Source: Octopus sinensis (taxonomy: Eukaryota). Taken from it: 64,000 nucleotides of DNA. The notes beneath the pieces are model-generated. The model was not told where the DNA came from. It ran no database searches and saw nothing but the letters and a program-made list of their open reading frames with translations. A program made the translations under genes and the position numbers. Shown here in pieces: positions 37,640-50,239 of the stretch. Within the stretch, counting starts at the first letter, position 1. Each line of letters starts with the position of its first letter. The stretch covers positions 108,314,001 through 108,378,000 of the forward strand of contig NC_043001.1 in the NCBI RefSeq assembly GCF_006345805.1, written 5' to 3'.

Positions 37640-38235
37640 CCGGCCTGATGGAGGCAAAGTGGCCGAGTTCCTTTCAAGTGCTGGGCCTCACAGAGGCAAG
37701 ATGGCTGAGTTCCTTTTGAGCAGACCTCACAGAGGTGAGGAGGCCAAGTTCCTTTCAAGCGGGCCTCACGGAGGTGAGGTGGCAGAGTTCCTTTTGAGCA
37801 TTGGACCTCATAGAATCAAAGTGGCCACACTTCTGGGCCTCATGGGGGTAAAGTGATTGAGTGACCCTTCAAGTGTAGGGCCTCATGGGGGTGAGGTGGC
37901 TGAGTTCCTTTTGAGCATTGGGCCTCATGGGGGCAAAGTGGCCAAGCTCCTTTCAAGTGTTGGGCCTCAGCGAGGCAATAACCAAGAACTTTGGCATTAT
38001 GTCGTGCTTGAAAAGAAAACCCATCAAGCCAAGCAAAATTGCAGTCATGGCAGATACCAGTGTCACACGAATGGCATCCAGGCTGGTGGCACGTAAAAGC
38101 ACCCATTACACTCTCAGAGTGGTTGGAGTTAGGAAGAGCACCCAGCTGTAGAAAACCATGCAAAATGAGACTGGATTCTGGTGCAGCCAACCCATGGACA
38201 ACAGACATTAAATGATGATGATGATGATGATGACA
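37640..38235 (+). mobile_element. RTE-derived element with 5' array of ~42 bp units (~8 copies)
   Basis: GGGCCTCA...GAGTTCCTTT units, then an RTE-like 3' end and (GAT)n. Confidence 0.85.
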
Positions 38236-38519
38236 TAAAAACACACAATGATTAATTATACTCTAATTATATTTGCAAAAAAGATAAGTGTACACAAACT
38301 ACAAAAGACAAATGATAATAATTATAGATACTTAATTGCTTATATAAACGATGACACAATTAAGCAGAATAGAAATAATATTGGACAAATACTTGTAACA
38401 CATTTGGAATGTATTGTTATTTTCATGATTCAAATCCACTCCTGTGACCATTAAGAGTTGGGCATTGGAAGATGTGATGTTCATGACTGTTCTGAAAAGC
38501 ATTAACAGACTAAAGAATA

Positions 38520-38920
38520 ATACTCTTTTATTTGTTTCAGTCATTTGACTGTGACCATGCTGGAGCACCACCTTTAGTCGAGCAAATCACCCCCAGGACT
38601 TATTCTTTGTAAGCCTAGTACTTATTCTATCGGTCCTTTTTGCTAAACCGCTAAGTCACGGGGACATAAACACACCAGCATCAGTTGTCAAGCGATGTTG
38701 GGGGGACAAACACAGACACACAAACACATGTATATACATATACACATATACGACGGGCTACCAAATGTCCATCTACCAAGTGTCTGTCTACCAAATCCGC
38801 TCACAAGGCTTTGGTCAGCCCAAAGCTATAGTAGAAGATACTCGCCCAAGGTGCCAGGCATTGGGACTGAACCCGAAACCGTGTGACTGGTAAGCAAGCT
38901 ACTTACCACACAGCCACTCC
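38520..38920 (-). mobile_element. SINE family A, full length
   Basis: All modules present. Confidence 0.9.
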
Positions 38921-40092
38921 AGCTACTATTAAGAATAAAACCGGAACCAAAGACACAGTTTGTCAGGAACTTACCACCTAAGCTACAGTCTTCATCATCA
39001 TCATCATCATCCTCATCACCATGCTTCTCCATACTGGCATAGGTTGTATGAGCCTACAAGGCAGCACATCACATTCTTCAGGCATCTATGGAGATGAAAT
39101 ATCAGGATTCTGGGACTCCTAGCTGACTAATCCTTTATCAATCATGTGGTTCAAAACCCTATCTGACCCCATTGCTCACTGCTTTGTAATTTACAAATAT
39201 AACTTGAAGACCACTGGATAAGAAGTTAGAATAACTCTTGGTAAAAATTGTGGTGCCACTCCATACGGAGAATGCTCAGTGGATGGGGACGATGACCTCC
39301 CTTTGCAAATACTGATAGGGCACAGACAGTGTGTTAATATCCAGCTGGAGGATATGTCTTCCTGGGGCTACATGCTACAGTAGCATCGACCCTTAAGGGT
39401 TAACCACATTTAGGTGGCAAATATCCTTCATGAATTCCAGAAAATTCTCACATAAGATCGGGTCATTGACCCTAATGTGAAATATAATAATCAAATGTGC
39501 CTCCAACTTTTATGGCAGAGCGTATAATTCTTCAAAGATAATTTATAAACAATTTTAGAAGATGTAATATGTCAGCATATGGTATTGATATCAAAACAGT
39601 GAAACCTGATGTGTTTTCTGTGAATTATATTTGTCTGGTGATTTGATCAGGAATGGAATCACAAGTTGCATAAACAACTGCATCATTGCAAAGCCAACCA
39701 CTGAACAACTCAATAATATAAATTACAACATTTGATAGTTTATACCGGTTACCACAAAATTACAACAAATCAAAACGAATACAAAAAATAGTATATATGC
39801 ATTTGGAATGAATATAACAAATCTTTCACCATGATGAACAATTGTTTCTTTGTTTTACATTCAAGTTTCCTTTCAGAAAATTGCCAATAATTTAATTTTA
39901 TCTTTTGAAGAACATAAAAGTAAAAATAATTTGTATGTAGATTCAGTATTCCATCATCAAGAAAATTTCAAAGAGAACATTTTATAACATATTACAACAA
40001 AATAAAATCTTAGTGAAAGATGAAGAAAACTAGAGATTGTTTTTTCCCTTCCATCTTTTTAATAGTCAAGTCCAAGACATTTGTAAGGTTCT

Positions 40093-40330
40093 TACCTATT
40101 TCTTTACTACCCTCAAGGGGCTAAACACAGAGGGGACAAACAAGGACAGACAAATGGATTAAGTCGATTATATCGACTCCAGTGCGTAACTGGTACTTAT
40201 TTAATCGACCCCGAAAGGATGAAAGGCAAAGTCAACCTTGGCGGAATTTGAACTCAGAACGTAACGGTAGACAAAATACAGCAAAGCATTTCACCCGGCG
40301 TGCTAACATTTTTGCCAGCTCACCGCCTTT
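40093..40330 (-). mobile_element. SINE family B
   Basis: Family motifs; TTTGTAAGGTTCTTACC occurs at both flanks (probable TSD). Confidence 0.88.
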
Positions 40331-40519
40331 GTAAGGTTCTTACCATTAAGGGGAGGGGAATGGCACGCGTGCCAGTAAGAAGTGACATGTGAGGTTATCA
40401 AATTAATCTCAGACTGATGGTCTGGTCTGAATACAACTTCATAATGACTGGACTTCACTGAAGACAACAAGAGCCATGTAATGCTGCTAAACTTTAGAAC
40501 CAAGTGATGTTGTCTTTTT

Positions 40520-40860
40520 CACTTGTCTCAGTAATTGGACTGCGACCATGCTGGGGCACCACTTTGAAGGGTTTAGTCAAACAAATCAACCCCGGTACTT
40601 ATTTTATCAGTCTTTTTTTGCCAAACCACTATGTTTAGTGATATAAGCAAGCCAACACTGGCTGTCAAGCAGTAGGGGTACGGACACAAATGCAATGACA
40701 CACACACAAACATATGACAGGCTTCTTTCAGTTTTCATCTACCAAATTGCTTCAGCCAGTTCAGGGTTATAGCAGAAGACACTTGCCCATGATGACACAA
40801 AGTGGGACTGAACCTGAAGCCATGCAGATGAAAAGCAAATTTCTTACCACTCAACATTCC
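40520..40860 (-). mobile_element. SINE family A, decayed
   Basis: Family motifs. Confidence 0.75.
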
Positions 40861-41439
40861 ATCTTTGGAAATTTCCTTTTGGGTAAGGCACAAGTCTTAT
40901 TTCAGAAATATTTCTTCAGAAGCTCTGGTGACTTTTCCCAAAATTTAAGGCAAAGCAAGGAATGTAGGAATAATGTCAAAATATACAAGAAAACAACTGA
41001 TAGATAGAAGGGTATAAACCTAATGTAAAACTATCTTGAATTTTTTTAGTAGCATGGCCCACTTGATGGTGAGCCATGTGTGGCCTGCATCTTGCAAAAG
41101 GTTGCCCATGTTCGTTCTACATGGTCACTCAGCTTGCTAGAAATAGAAACCAGATACTCCTCAAATTACACCCTATCATTTTAAAAAAGGAAAGATTGAA
41201 TAATGTAGTCCAAGATACACTATGCCGGAAGAAAAACGAGACATGAAGGTCACAGACTGAAATAACAAGTCTTTTTAATCAAGACTGACTTGGGGATTAA
41301 AATTTTTTTTTAATAAATTAAAAAAAACAATAATGTTTTGATCACAATTAAATCTTTGAAGTCTCACAAAGTGTAATTAAACAAGAACTTTTTGAACCCC
41401 ATTAATAAAAAATCCCAAGAGATTAATTAGAGTAACTTA

Positions 41440-41640
41440 TATTCTTTTCAACTCTAAGCACATGGACTGAAATTTTTGGGGAGGGTGAGGCAGTTGATTA
41501 GATCGACCCCAGTACGCAACTGGCACTTGATTTATCAACCCTGAAAGGATGAAAACCAAAGTCGACCTCACTGGAATTTGAACTCAGAACATAAAGACAG
41601 ACGAAATATTGTTAAGCATTTCGTTTGGTGTGCTAATGAG
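41440..41640 (-). mobile_element. SINE family B
   Basis: Family motifs. Confidence 0.8.
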
Positions 41641-42114
41641 TATGAATGTTACAGAAGGAATGTGTACAGATATTGTCAACATGAGTAAAGGACAGAGGTG
41701 GTGGGATCGTTAGAATTGATACAATGATAGGCTGTGTAAGTTCTACAGTGTTTAATATTAAGTTACATCATTAGTTTGAATCTTAATGAGATCAGTGGTA
41801 TCTTCCATGACCTAAGGTCAATATATAACTAATTGCTGCACCCAAGATTGACAGACAAATGACAAAATGCATAGCACCATTTCTTTGAGCTTTATGTTTT
41901 GAGATCAGATTCTGCTGAAATCAACTGTGTCATCCTATTAAGATTGATAAAAAGAGTACCAGTCAAGTACTGGGGTCAACATAATCAACTAAACCCTGCC
42001 TTAAAAAACATTTCAAGTCTTGCACCTTCAATAGAAAGAATTATTATAATGAAGATGATGATGGGACAGAATCTGTAAAGTGCAAGACAAGATGTTTTTC
42101 TATTCTACATGTTT

Positions 42115-42263
42115 GAGGTGAAGAATTATGTACATTATTTACAATTGACGGATAGGTGTCCGCACCTTGTTTGTTGTTTACACAACATTTCCACCAGAAC
42201 ACCTGATGAAGGCTGGAGACAACAAACAAGGTAAGGAAACCTTACCGTCCATTGTAAATAATG
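42115..42263. mobile_element. Collapsed copy of the hammerhead-bearing fold-back element
   Basis: Inverted arms homologous to 52870-53252; CTGATGA at 42203-42209, GAAA half deleted. Confidence 0.75.
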
Positions 42264-42296
42264 AAAACATTTTTCAGTATTCAGTTACATCTCTTT

Positions 42297-42749
42297 TGAT
42301 GTTGATGTACTTGACCCAATAGGTCTCCTCAAGCACAGCAGGTCACCCTACGATCCAAGGTACTTTTGAATGGGTTGGGGCTAGTTATGCGAAACTGTTG
42401 AGGATACAGCCGTGAATAAGATATAGGAAATTGTAGTTTTGATATCCATGCCGGTGGCACGTAAAATGCACCATCCAAACATGGTTGATGCCAGTGTCGC
42501 CTTTACTGGCTTCCATGCTGGTGGCACATAGAAAGCACTAACTGATCGTGGCCATTGCCAGCCTCCCCTGGCAGGTAAAAAGCACCCACTACACTCACGG
42601 AGTGGTTGGTGTTAGGAAGGGCATCCAGTTGTAGAAACACTGCCAGATCAGACTGGAGCCTGGTGCAGCTTCCTGGGTTCCCAGGCCCCAGTCAAACCAT
42701 CCAACCCATGCTAGCATGAAAACAGACATTAAATGATGATGATGGTGAT
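42297..42749 (+). mobile_element. RTE 3' UTR insertion with inverted 5' segment
   Basis: Inverted 42297-~42414, forward ~42415-42749; TTACATCTCTTT at 42285-42296 and 42750-42761. Confidence 0.88.
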
Positions 42750-42814
42750 TTACATCTCTTTACATTCTGAGTTCGAATCACACCAGGGTACAATCAATAT
42801 AAGTAAATGACCAA

Positions 42815-43280
42815 GGCACAAGCTGACAGAATCGTTAGCATGCCGGGCGAAATGCTTAGCGGTATTTCCTCTGTCTTTACATACTGAGTTCAAATTCCGC
42901 TGAGGTCAACTTTGTCTTTCATCCTTTTGGGGTCGATTAAATAAGTACCAGTTACATACTGGGGTCAATCTAATCAACTACCCCCCCACCTCTCCCAAAA
43001 TTTTGGCCTTGTGCCTAGAGTAGAAATGTATTGTTCATTATTGATTCTTTGATATTTAAGGTGGCAAGATGGTACAAATGTTAGCACACCGGGCGAAATG
43101 CTTAGCGGTATTTCATCTGTCTTTACGTTCTAAGTTCAAATTCCACTGAGGTCAACTTTGCCTTTCATCCTTTCAGGATCGATAAATTAAGTACTGGCTA
43201 TGTACTGGGGTCAATCTAATAGACTGGCCTCCTCCCCACAAAAAATTTCGGGCCTTGTGCCTAGAGTAGAAAAGAATATA
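42815..43280 (+). mobile_element. SINE family B head-to-tail pair
   Basis: Heads at ~42815 and ~43057. Confidence 0.85.
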
Positions 43281-44364
43281 AGTAAATGACCAGTAGTAGA
43301 GCCAATATAATCACGTGTAACTTCCCAAAACGTCACTGGCTTTGTGCCAATATTAGAAATCTTTGTATTAATAAGACACTGAACTGCTGTAAATTAAAGT
43401 GAATAGAACCATGCCTAAGTGAGAAAACACAATTCAGCTTAGTTAAATAACCTGACATCTATAAGTGAGACGGACAAGAAAGGTTATAAATACTTGTGGC
43501 TTTAATCAATAATACAGGTTCTAAGTTTATATTGAAATGTTGGCACCTATCATGAAACCTCTTAAGTATGCGGACATTTATGGGGTTACAAAAAGGAAAT
43601 TAAAATTAAGGTCTACTGTACTCTGGGGAAAAGAGCTTAAGAAATACTTTTGTGAAATCCTTCAAAACAAACACAAATTCAAAATCAATATAAGCTTTAA
43701 TAAGATTACTTAAGAGATAAATCACTGAGTGGCTAATAACAATAACGAATCAGAAATTAATTAAATTAGTTACAGCTAAATATATTTTTTTCTCCATGTT
43801 CTACAAAACCACATTGATGAAATTCCTTAATATTTCAAAACTAAAGAAATTACTAACAATAATAAATTTAGAAACAGAATGTTTTGTGTTTAAAGTCGAT
43901 GTTGTGGCACTAATTAGTTTAATTACTGAAGCAATTATCTGATAGTGACATTACAATAACATGGAATTAACACTAGACTGAACAATGAAGGTCAGACGAA
44001 AATACAGCTGTTTCAGATAAACAGAAGTCGGAGTTTGTTTTTTGTGAATGGAAGGCAAAAAGGCAATGGGCACAATTTAAGAAGTATCAATGAAATGAAT
44101 TAATGAGTGAGGTTAGTCTTACATACATGTATATGTCACATGATCAACCAGGTTATGAGATACCATTATATATCACTGGTCACAATGCGTTTTAAATTGT
44201 TTTACCTTTCAAATGATACCACTCCACTCACTAGGCAAGCAGGCTAACGTGTATATATATATATATATATTTATTTAGAAACATAATAAATAATATTAGG
44301 GTAATAAGAATTATAAAAATTATTATTACCAGTGGCCTAGCACAAAAAAAAATTAGTCAATAGA

Positions 44365-44762
44365 CTCTCTCTCTTTTACTTGTTTCAGTCATTTGACTGC
44401 GGCCATGCTGGAGCACCACCTTTAGTCGAGCAAATCGACCCCGGGACTTATTCTTTGTAAGCCCAGTACTTATTCTATCGGTCTCTTTTGCCGAACCGCT
44501 AAGTGACAGGGACGTAAACACACCAGCATCGGTTGTCAAGCAATGCTAGGGGGACAAACACAAACACACACACACATATATATATATATACATATATACG
44601 ACAGGCTTCTTTCAGTTTCCGTCTACCAAATCCACTCACAAGGCTTTGGTCAGCCCGGGGCTATAGTAGAAGACACTTGCCCAAGATGCCACGCAGTGGG
44701 ACTGAACCCGGAACCATGTGGTTGGTTAGCAAGCTACTTACCACACAGCCACTCCTGCGCCT
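44365..44762 (-). mobile_element. SINE family A, full length, CpG-retaining (young)
   Basis: All modules present, many CpGs intact. Confidence 0.92.
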
Positions 44763-44990
44763 AAAAATATCGTGTACATTAAAACACATCTGGTTGTCTA
44801 GTTCCTAGACAGCCATGGTCTAGGAACTAAATTGGTAAACGTTTTTAATTTTCATTCCTTTCGAGAATTTATCCCTAATTAGTGGTTTAAGTTTTCTATT
44901 GCTCTTTCTAGCACAAGGCTTTCCTATTTAGAAGCCTCTTAATGTGTTATATATATGGGTACAGGATGTCACCAAGTGTGCAAACAGCAA

Positions 44991-45222
44991 GGGCGGCGAG
45001 CTGGCAGAAACGTTAGCAAGCTGGGCGAAATGCTCAGCAATATTTCATCTGTTGCTACGTTCTGAGTTCAAATTCCGCCAAGGTCGACTTTGCCTTTCAT
45101 CCTTTCGGGGTCGATAATTAAGTACCAGTCATGCATTGGGGTCGATGTAATCGACTTAATCCGTTTGTGTGTCCTTGTTTGTCCCCTCTATGTTTAGCCC
45201 CTTGTGGGCAATAAAGAAATAA
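44991..45222 (+). mobile_element. SINE family B
   Basis: Family motifs; AAGTGTGCAAACAGCA occurs at both flanks (probable TSD). Confidence 0.9.
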
Positions 45223-46161
45223 GTGTGCAAACAGCATGAAGTACACAAACAAACAAGTCAAATATGTAAACAACGAGAAAAAAATGGAAAACAGGACAAG
45301 TAAACACAAAAAAGGACCCTTCAACAGTTGTCGGCTGTCTATCTACTCCTCATTTTGAGCATTCAATGACAATATGAGTCCTCAAAGACAGTTGCTCCCA
45401 TAAATTCTAAAATAAAATATAGGACTTATGGAGGCTCAAAGTTGGGAACAAAAACAGGATTGTGGAGACATGCAAGGAACCTGAACTAAAACAAAACATG
45501 GAGGGTCGTTGCACCAGAACAAAGAGGAAAATAGTGAATGCTGGGAGAAATATTTTCTTTGAAAATAGAAAAGATAGGAGAGAGAGAGAAAAAGTCCAGT
45601 TGTTTTAATATATATATATATACACACACACACACATATACGACAGGCTTCTTTCAGTTTCTGTTTACCAAATTCACTCACAAGGCTTATAGTAGAAGAC
45701 ACCAAGGTTATAGTAGAAGACACTTGCCCAAGATGCCATGCAGTGGGACTGAACCCAGCACCATGTGGTTGGTAAGCAAACTACTTAACACAGCCACTCC
45801 TGCTCATTAACTACACAACCATATCTGTGCCTACACACACATACTTGTGTGTGTATGTGTGTGTGTGCGTGTGTGTGTGAGAGGTTGGATAAGAGTGACA
45901 AAGAGAAAGACATGGAGAGTGAATGGTCCCTGATCAAATAAAAATGTGCCAGTAAGATTGTTACCATAACAACCACAAGAGCATCATATTGTAACTGTGT
46001 TACTGAAACAATTTGTGAAGAAAGAAGGCACAGGTCTTGGATACAAAGGTATGTTGATAAAATAAGCAAACAAACAAAAATGCAGGTCTTGAAAATATTG
46101 ATAATAAAAGTAGTTTGTGTTCACAATATGACACAATGATGTTTCCGATGGTTAACCTTTA

Positions 46162-46636
46162 CCCTTTTGTTACCGGATTTCTGTTGAGATGTTCTGTGTG
46201 TCTTACAATTAATTTTAAATATAACAAAGTATTTAGGAAAATAACTTAGTTATCATTAGGCTAGTGTTAGGAAGATAAATTGTGACTAAGGTTTGGTGGA
46301 AGATTTTAATTCAAAACTTATGAAAACAAGACATTTGTACTACAGAGCCAGAGCCAGTTTCAGCCAGGTTGGTATCGAAAGGGTTAAGAATTGTTTCTCT
46401 ATCATATATTTTAACCCTTTTGTGACCATATTTCTGTTGAGATGCTCTGTGTTTCTTTCAATTAATTTTAAATATAACAAAGAATTTAGTAAAATAACTT
46501 ATTTATCATTCAGCTAGTGTTAGGAAGATAAATTGTGACAAAGGTTTGGTGGAAGATTTTAATTCAAAACTTATGAAAACAAGACATCTGTACTACAGAG
46601 CCAGAGGCTGTTTCAGCCACGTTGGTATTGAAAGGC
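46162..46636 (+). mobile_element. Two tandem copies of a second piggyBac-like MITE (46162-46383, 46415-46636)
   Basis: CCCTTTTG...CGAAAGGG|TTAA termini and near-identical ~220 bp bodies. Confidence 0.75.
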
Positions 46637-47614
46637 TAGAGTAGAAGGAACTTGCCCAAGGTACCATGCTGTGGGAGTGAACCCGAAACCATGTGGTTGG
46701 GAAGCAAAGTTACACACCTTATCCATAAAACTGATAAATGTCATGTTTATGCTGTGTTTGGTTCTAAAAGTTAATTCTTTCAAAACATAATAAACACACT
46801 TTCTTCACCCAAATAATCTTTGAACAATTCTGTTTAACAGCCAACAGATTAAAAAAAAAAAAATGATGATGAGGAGGATGATGATGGTGATGTTGTTGTT
46901 GTTGCTTTTGATGATGATCCAGCTACAAGAGAGCAACAGATTGTTTCAGATATTATATAAGATCTGTTACACTGCCAGGTCACTGAAGCACAGATTTTAA
47001 CCCATTTAATACCAGCCCATCTGAGACCACTCCTAGTTCTATGCAACAATTTCACTGTGTTGAAGTGATCTAAAAAAACCCTCCTGCAAAATTTCGTTTC
47101 AATTTATTTTTCAAAAAACAGCTTTAAACTATCAAGCTTATTTTAGGAGCATGTAGGACCACACAATTGAATGTGACTTTCCAATATTTGATACTGAAAG
47201 GGGCAATCTAAGTGAGATTTTTGAAATCAATGAATGTATTTCACTAGAATTATTAGATGTTTACAAGGGCTAAATAGGCATCTCCAACTAGCAGGCCATG
47301 CTACTTCAGACTGAAGACAAGCAATAACTCAGAAACTAGTCTCTGGCTGCTGGCTTAGCTGGGTGGAGGTGCTTATCTCCCCCCTGTAAACATAAATACA
47401 CAGAAAATGTGTCAAGGCCAACAGGAAGTGGTGCAGCTAAATAGGGCTAAATAGCAGTAGTATTATTCCCTTCATGGGACTGTCACATTAAGTAGACAGC
47501 ATACAACTACTTTATTGTATCACTACTGTATAAATCTCTCTGAGAGAGTTAGAAATGTATTATTTCTGAAACCTTTGAACTTTTTGAACTTTACGTAAAA
47601 CTATTGTTATTATT

Positions 47615-47790
47615 ACACACATTTTTTCTCTCCTTGTTTCTTTCTGTGTTCCTTTCTGAGGAAGAGCGTAGGCTCGAAACGTTAAAGACTTTTTCAATTC
47701 CCGAGCATTATACTAATACATCTATGTTTTCTACACCACCTGTTTTCGTCTTTTGTTTTTTTCGTGAATTCTCCCTAAATATATACAATG
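47615..47790 (+). mobile_element. Short Penelope-like-derived repeat carrying a hammerhead motif
   Basis: Pyrimidine-rich element around the motif, ending in TA; PLE origin is inferred from motif architecture only. Confidence 0.5.
47652..47687 (+). ncRNA. Minimal type I hammerhead ribozyme motif, core intact
   Basis: CTTT-CTGAGGA-A-GAGC(GTAG)GCTC-GAAA-CG-TT-AAAG: stems I and II, CUGANGA/GAAA core, palindromic ACGT stem III. Confidence 0.7.
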
Positions 47791-48429
47791 GGCATCTTTC
47801 ATTTTTTGCTAACCAAATCCACTCACAAGGCTTTGGTCGGCCCAAGGCTAAAGCAGAAGACACTTGCCCAAGGTGCCACGCAGTGGGACTGAACCCAGAA
47901 CCATGTAGTTGGGAAGCAAGCTTCTTACCTCACAGCCACGCCTGCACCTACATGCAAAGTTTTATATTCTTTTCTACTCTGGGTACAAGGCTCAAAATTT
48001 TTCAGAGGGAGCTAGTCGATTAGATCGACCCCAGTACAAAACTGGTACTTAATTTATCTACCCCTGAAAGGATGAAAGGCAACGTCGACCTCGACGGAAT
48101 TTGAACTCAGAACACAAAGACAGACGAAATACCACTACACAAAGTTTTATATTAAAGGTTTATTTCACTATAAAAATATGTTAATGGAATATAATGGAAT
48201 GTGCACAAAAGTTGTTGGCCTGTTTCCTTAGTAGGAAGCAAAAACTAGATGTTTCTAAGAAAAATGAAATAAATAACAATTAAAGGAATTAATTATCTAC
48301 AACACACGCCAGACACACACACACACACACGAGCCATGCCAACACATGAATGTCATGAAAACTACAAGTTGCAGAATTCCAGATTAAACTTTAAACGAAG
48401 AAATAAACAGTGAAAACGGCATTAACTGA

Positions 48430-48815
48430 CTGAGATACAAACAAAAGAGCTGAGCTAGTGTGTGTGTGTGTGTGAGTGAGAGAGTGTGTGTGCGAGTGTG
48501 TGGGTGTCGGTGTGAGTGTGTTTGTGTGTGAGTGAGTGTGTGTGTGTGTGTGTGTGTGTATGTGAGAGTGTGTGAGTGTGTGCATGTGTGTGTGTTTGTG
48601 AGAGAGTGTGTGTATGAGAGTGTGTGTATGAGAGTGTGTGTATGAGAGTGTGTGTATGAGAGTGTGTGTGTGTGAGAGTGTGTGTGTGTGAGAGTGTGTG
48701 TGTGTGAGAGTGTGTGTGTGTGTGTGTGTGTGAGAGAGTGTGCATGAGTTGTGAGTGTGTGAATGAGTGAGTGAGTGAGTGTGTGTGTGTGTTTGTGTGT
48801 GTGAGAGAGAGAGAG
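48430..48815. repeat. (GT/GA)n compound microsatellite
   Basis: Direct inspection. Confidence 0.95.
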
Positions 48816-49489
48816 ATTGACTATATACACATGTAGGTCGGTGTATGTCATTTTATACATGAATGTAAGAGGATGTGTGTGAGAGTAAATATTCATATGT
48901 GTGTACATGTATGCGAGTGTATCTCTGGATCTGTGTGTGTGTATCTACATTTCTGTCACCTTTTACTTGTCTCAGTCATTAGATTGTGGCCATGCTGGGG
49001 CACTGCCTTGAGTAGGTTTAGTTAAATGAATCAACCCCAGTGTCCTTCGTTCTTTCTTTAAGCCTGGTGTCTATTCTATCAGTCTCTTTTGCTGAACTAC
49101 TAATTAACAGGGATGTAAACACACCAACACTGGTCATCAAGTGGTGGCAAGGAACAAACACAGACACAAAGACATACATACTTTATATATATGTGTGTGT
49201 ATATATATATATGTGTGTGTGTGTATATACTTCATCATCATCGTCGTCATTTAACGTCCACTTTCCATGCTACCATGGGTTGGATGGTTTGACTGAGGAC
49301 TGCACCAGGCTCAATCTGATCTGGTAAAGTTTCTATAGCTGGATGCCCTTCCTAATGAGTGTAGTGGGCGCTTTTACGTGACACCGGCATGAGAGCCAGT
49401 CAGGTAGTTCCAGCATGGCCATAGAAACAAGTAAGACAATAAAAAGACTAAGCCATTTTAATCCCAAGCAAGGCCAGGTATCTCTGCTA

Positions 49490-49542
<53 letters not shown>

Positions 49543-50239
49543 CATACACACATACATATTTACAAACAAACGCACATTCATACACACACGTGTTTGTGTA
49601 CATATGTAAGTTTACACAAGTTGTGTGTGTGTGTGTGTGTGTGTGCGTGCATGTGTGTGTATGTCAGTGTCATGTATGAAATGCATACTGTATTCTCCGT
49701 CCCCATCAAAGTCGAAATTATAAATAGTTGAAGAAAACAATGAAATCTCAAATTCTTTTGGGGAAAGGGGTTCTGTGTAATTTCACAATGTTTTTCATGT
49801 CTTGTATCTAAAATAAACTATCCCCTTCTTCTATTCTATAATTTTTTCCCCTCTGAGACTATCAGCTGTTTCTGATTAAGCTAAAGAAAAAACTCCTGTC
49901 GCAGTGCCACTTCCTGCCCATCATTCTTATTCCCATATTCAGTGATAAACATTTTTTTAGATATGTTAACCTCAATCTGAAAATAACCATTTTATAAATG
50001 GGCTGTTGTAGTTGTCTTTTGGTCTCCTGTCACCTCTGATCAAGCAGGCTCTAAGATCAATCCCACTGTTATCTCATTGCTTTATATTCTTTTACTGCTT
50101 TCAGGTAGTATACAATAACCATGTCTTGTTTGATTTAATCAATAAAATCAACCTAGAGAATATTTTTAATCCAGGTACTTATTTTATTAGATTCCGTTTA
50201 TTAAACAATAAAGTTTGTCAAAAAGAGTTAACATACACT

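Noticed and set aside
37632-37856. ORFs with GPHGGKVAEF repeats (also 50012-50500)
   Set aside because: Alternative-frame translation of the 42 bp RTE-derived array.
35480-39425. A large DNA transposon bounded by the 85 bp inverted repeats
   Set aside because: No TSD or transposase seen; more simply two dispersed repeat fragments in opposite orientation.
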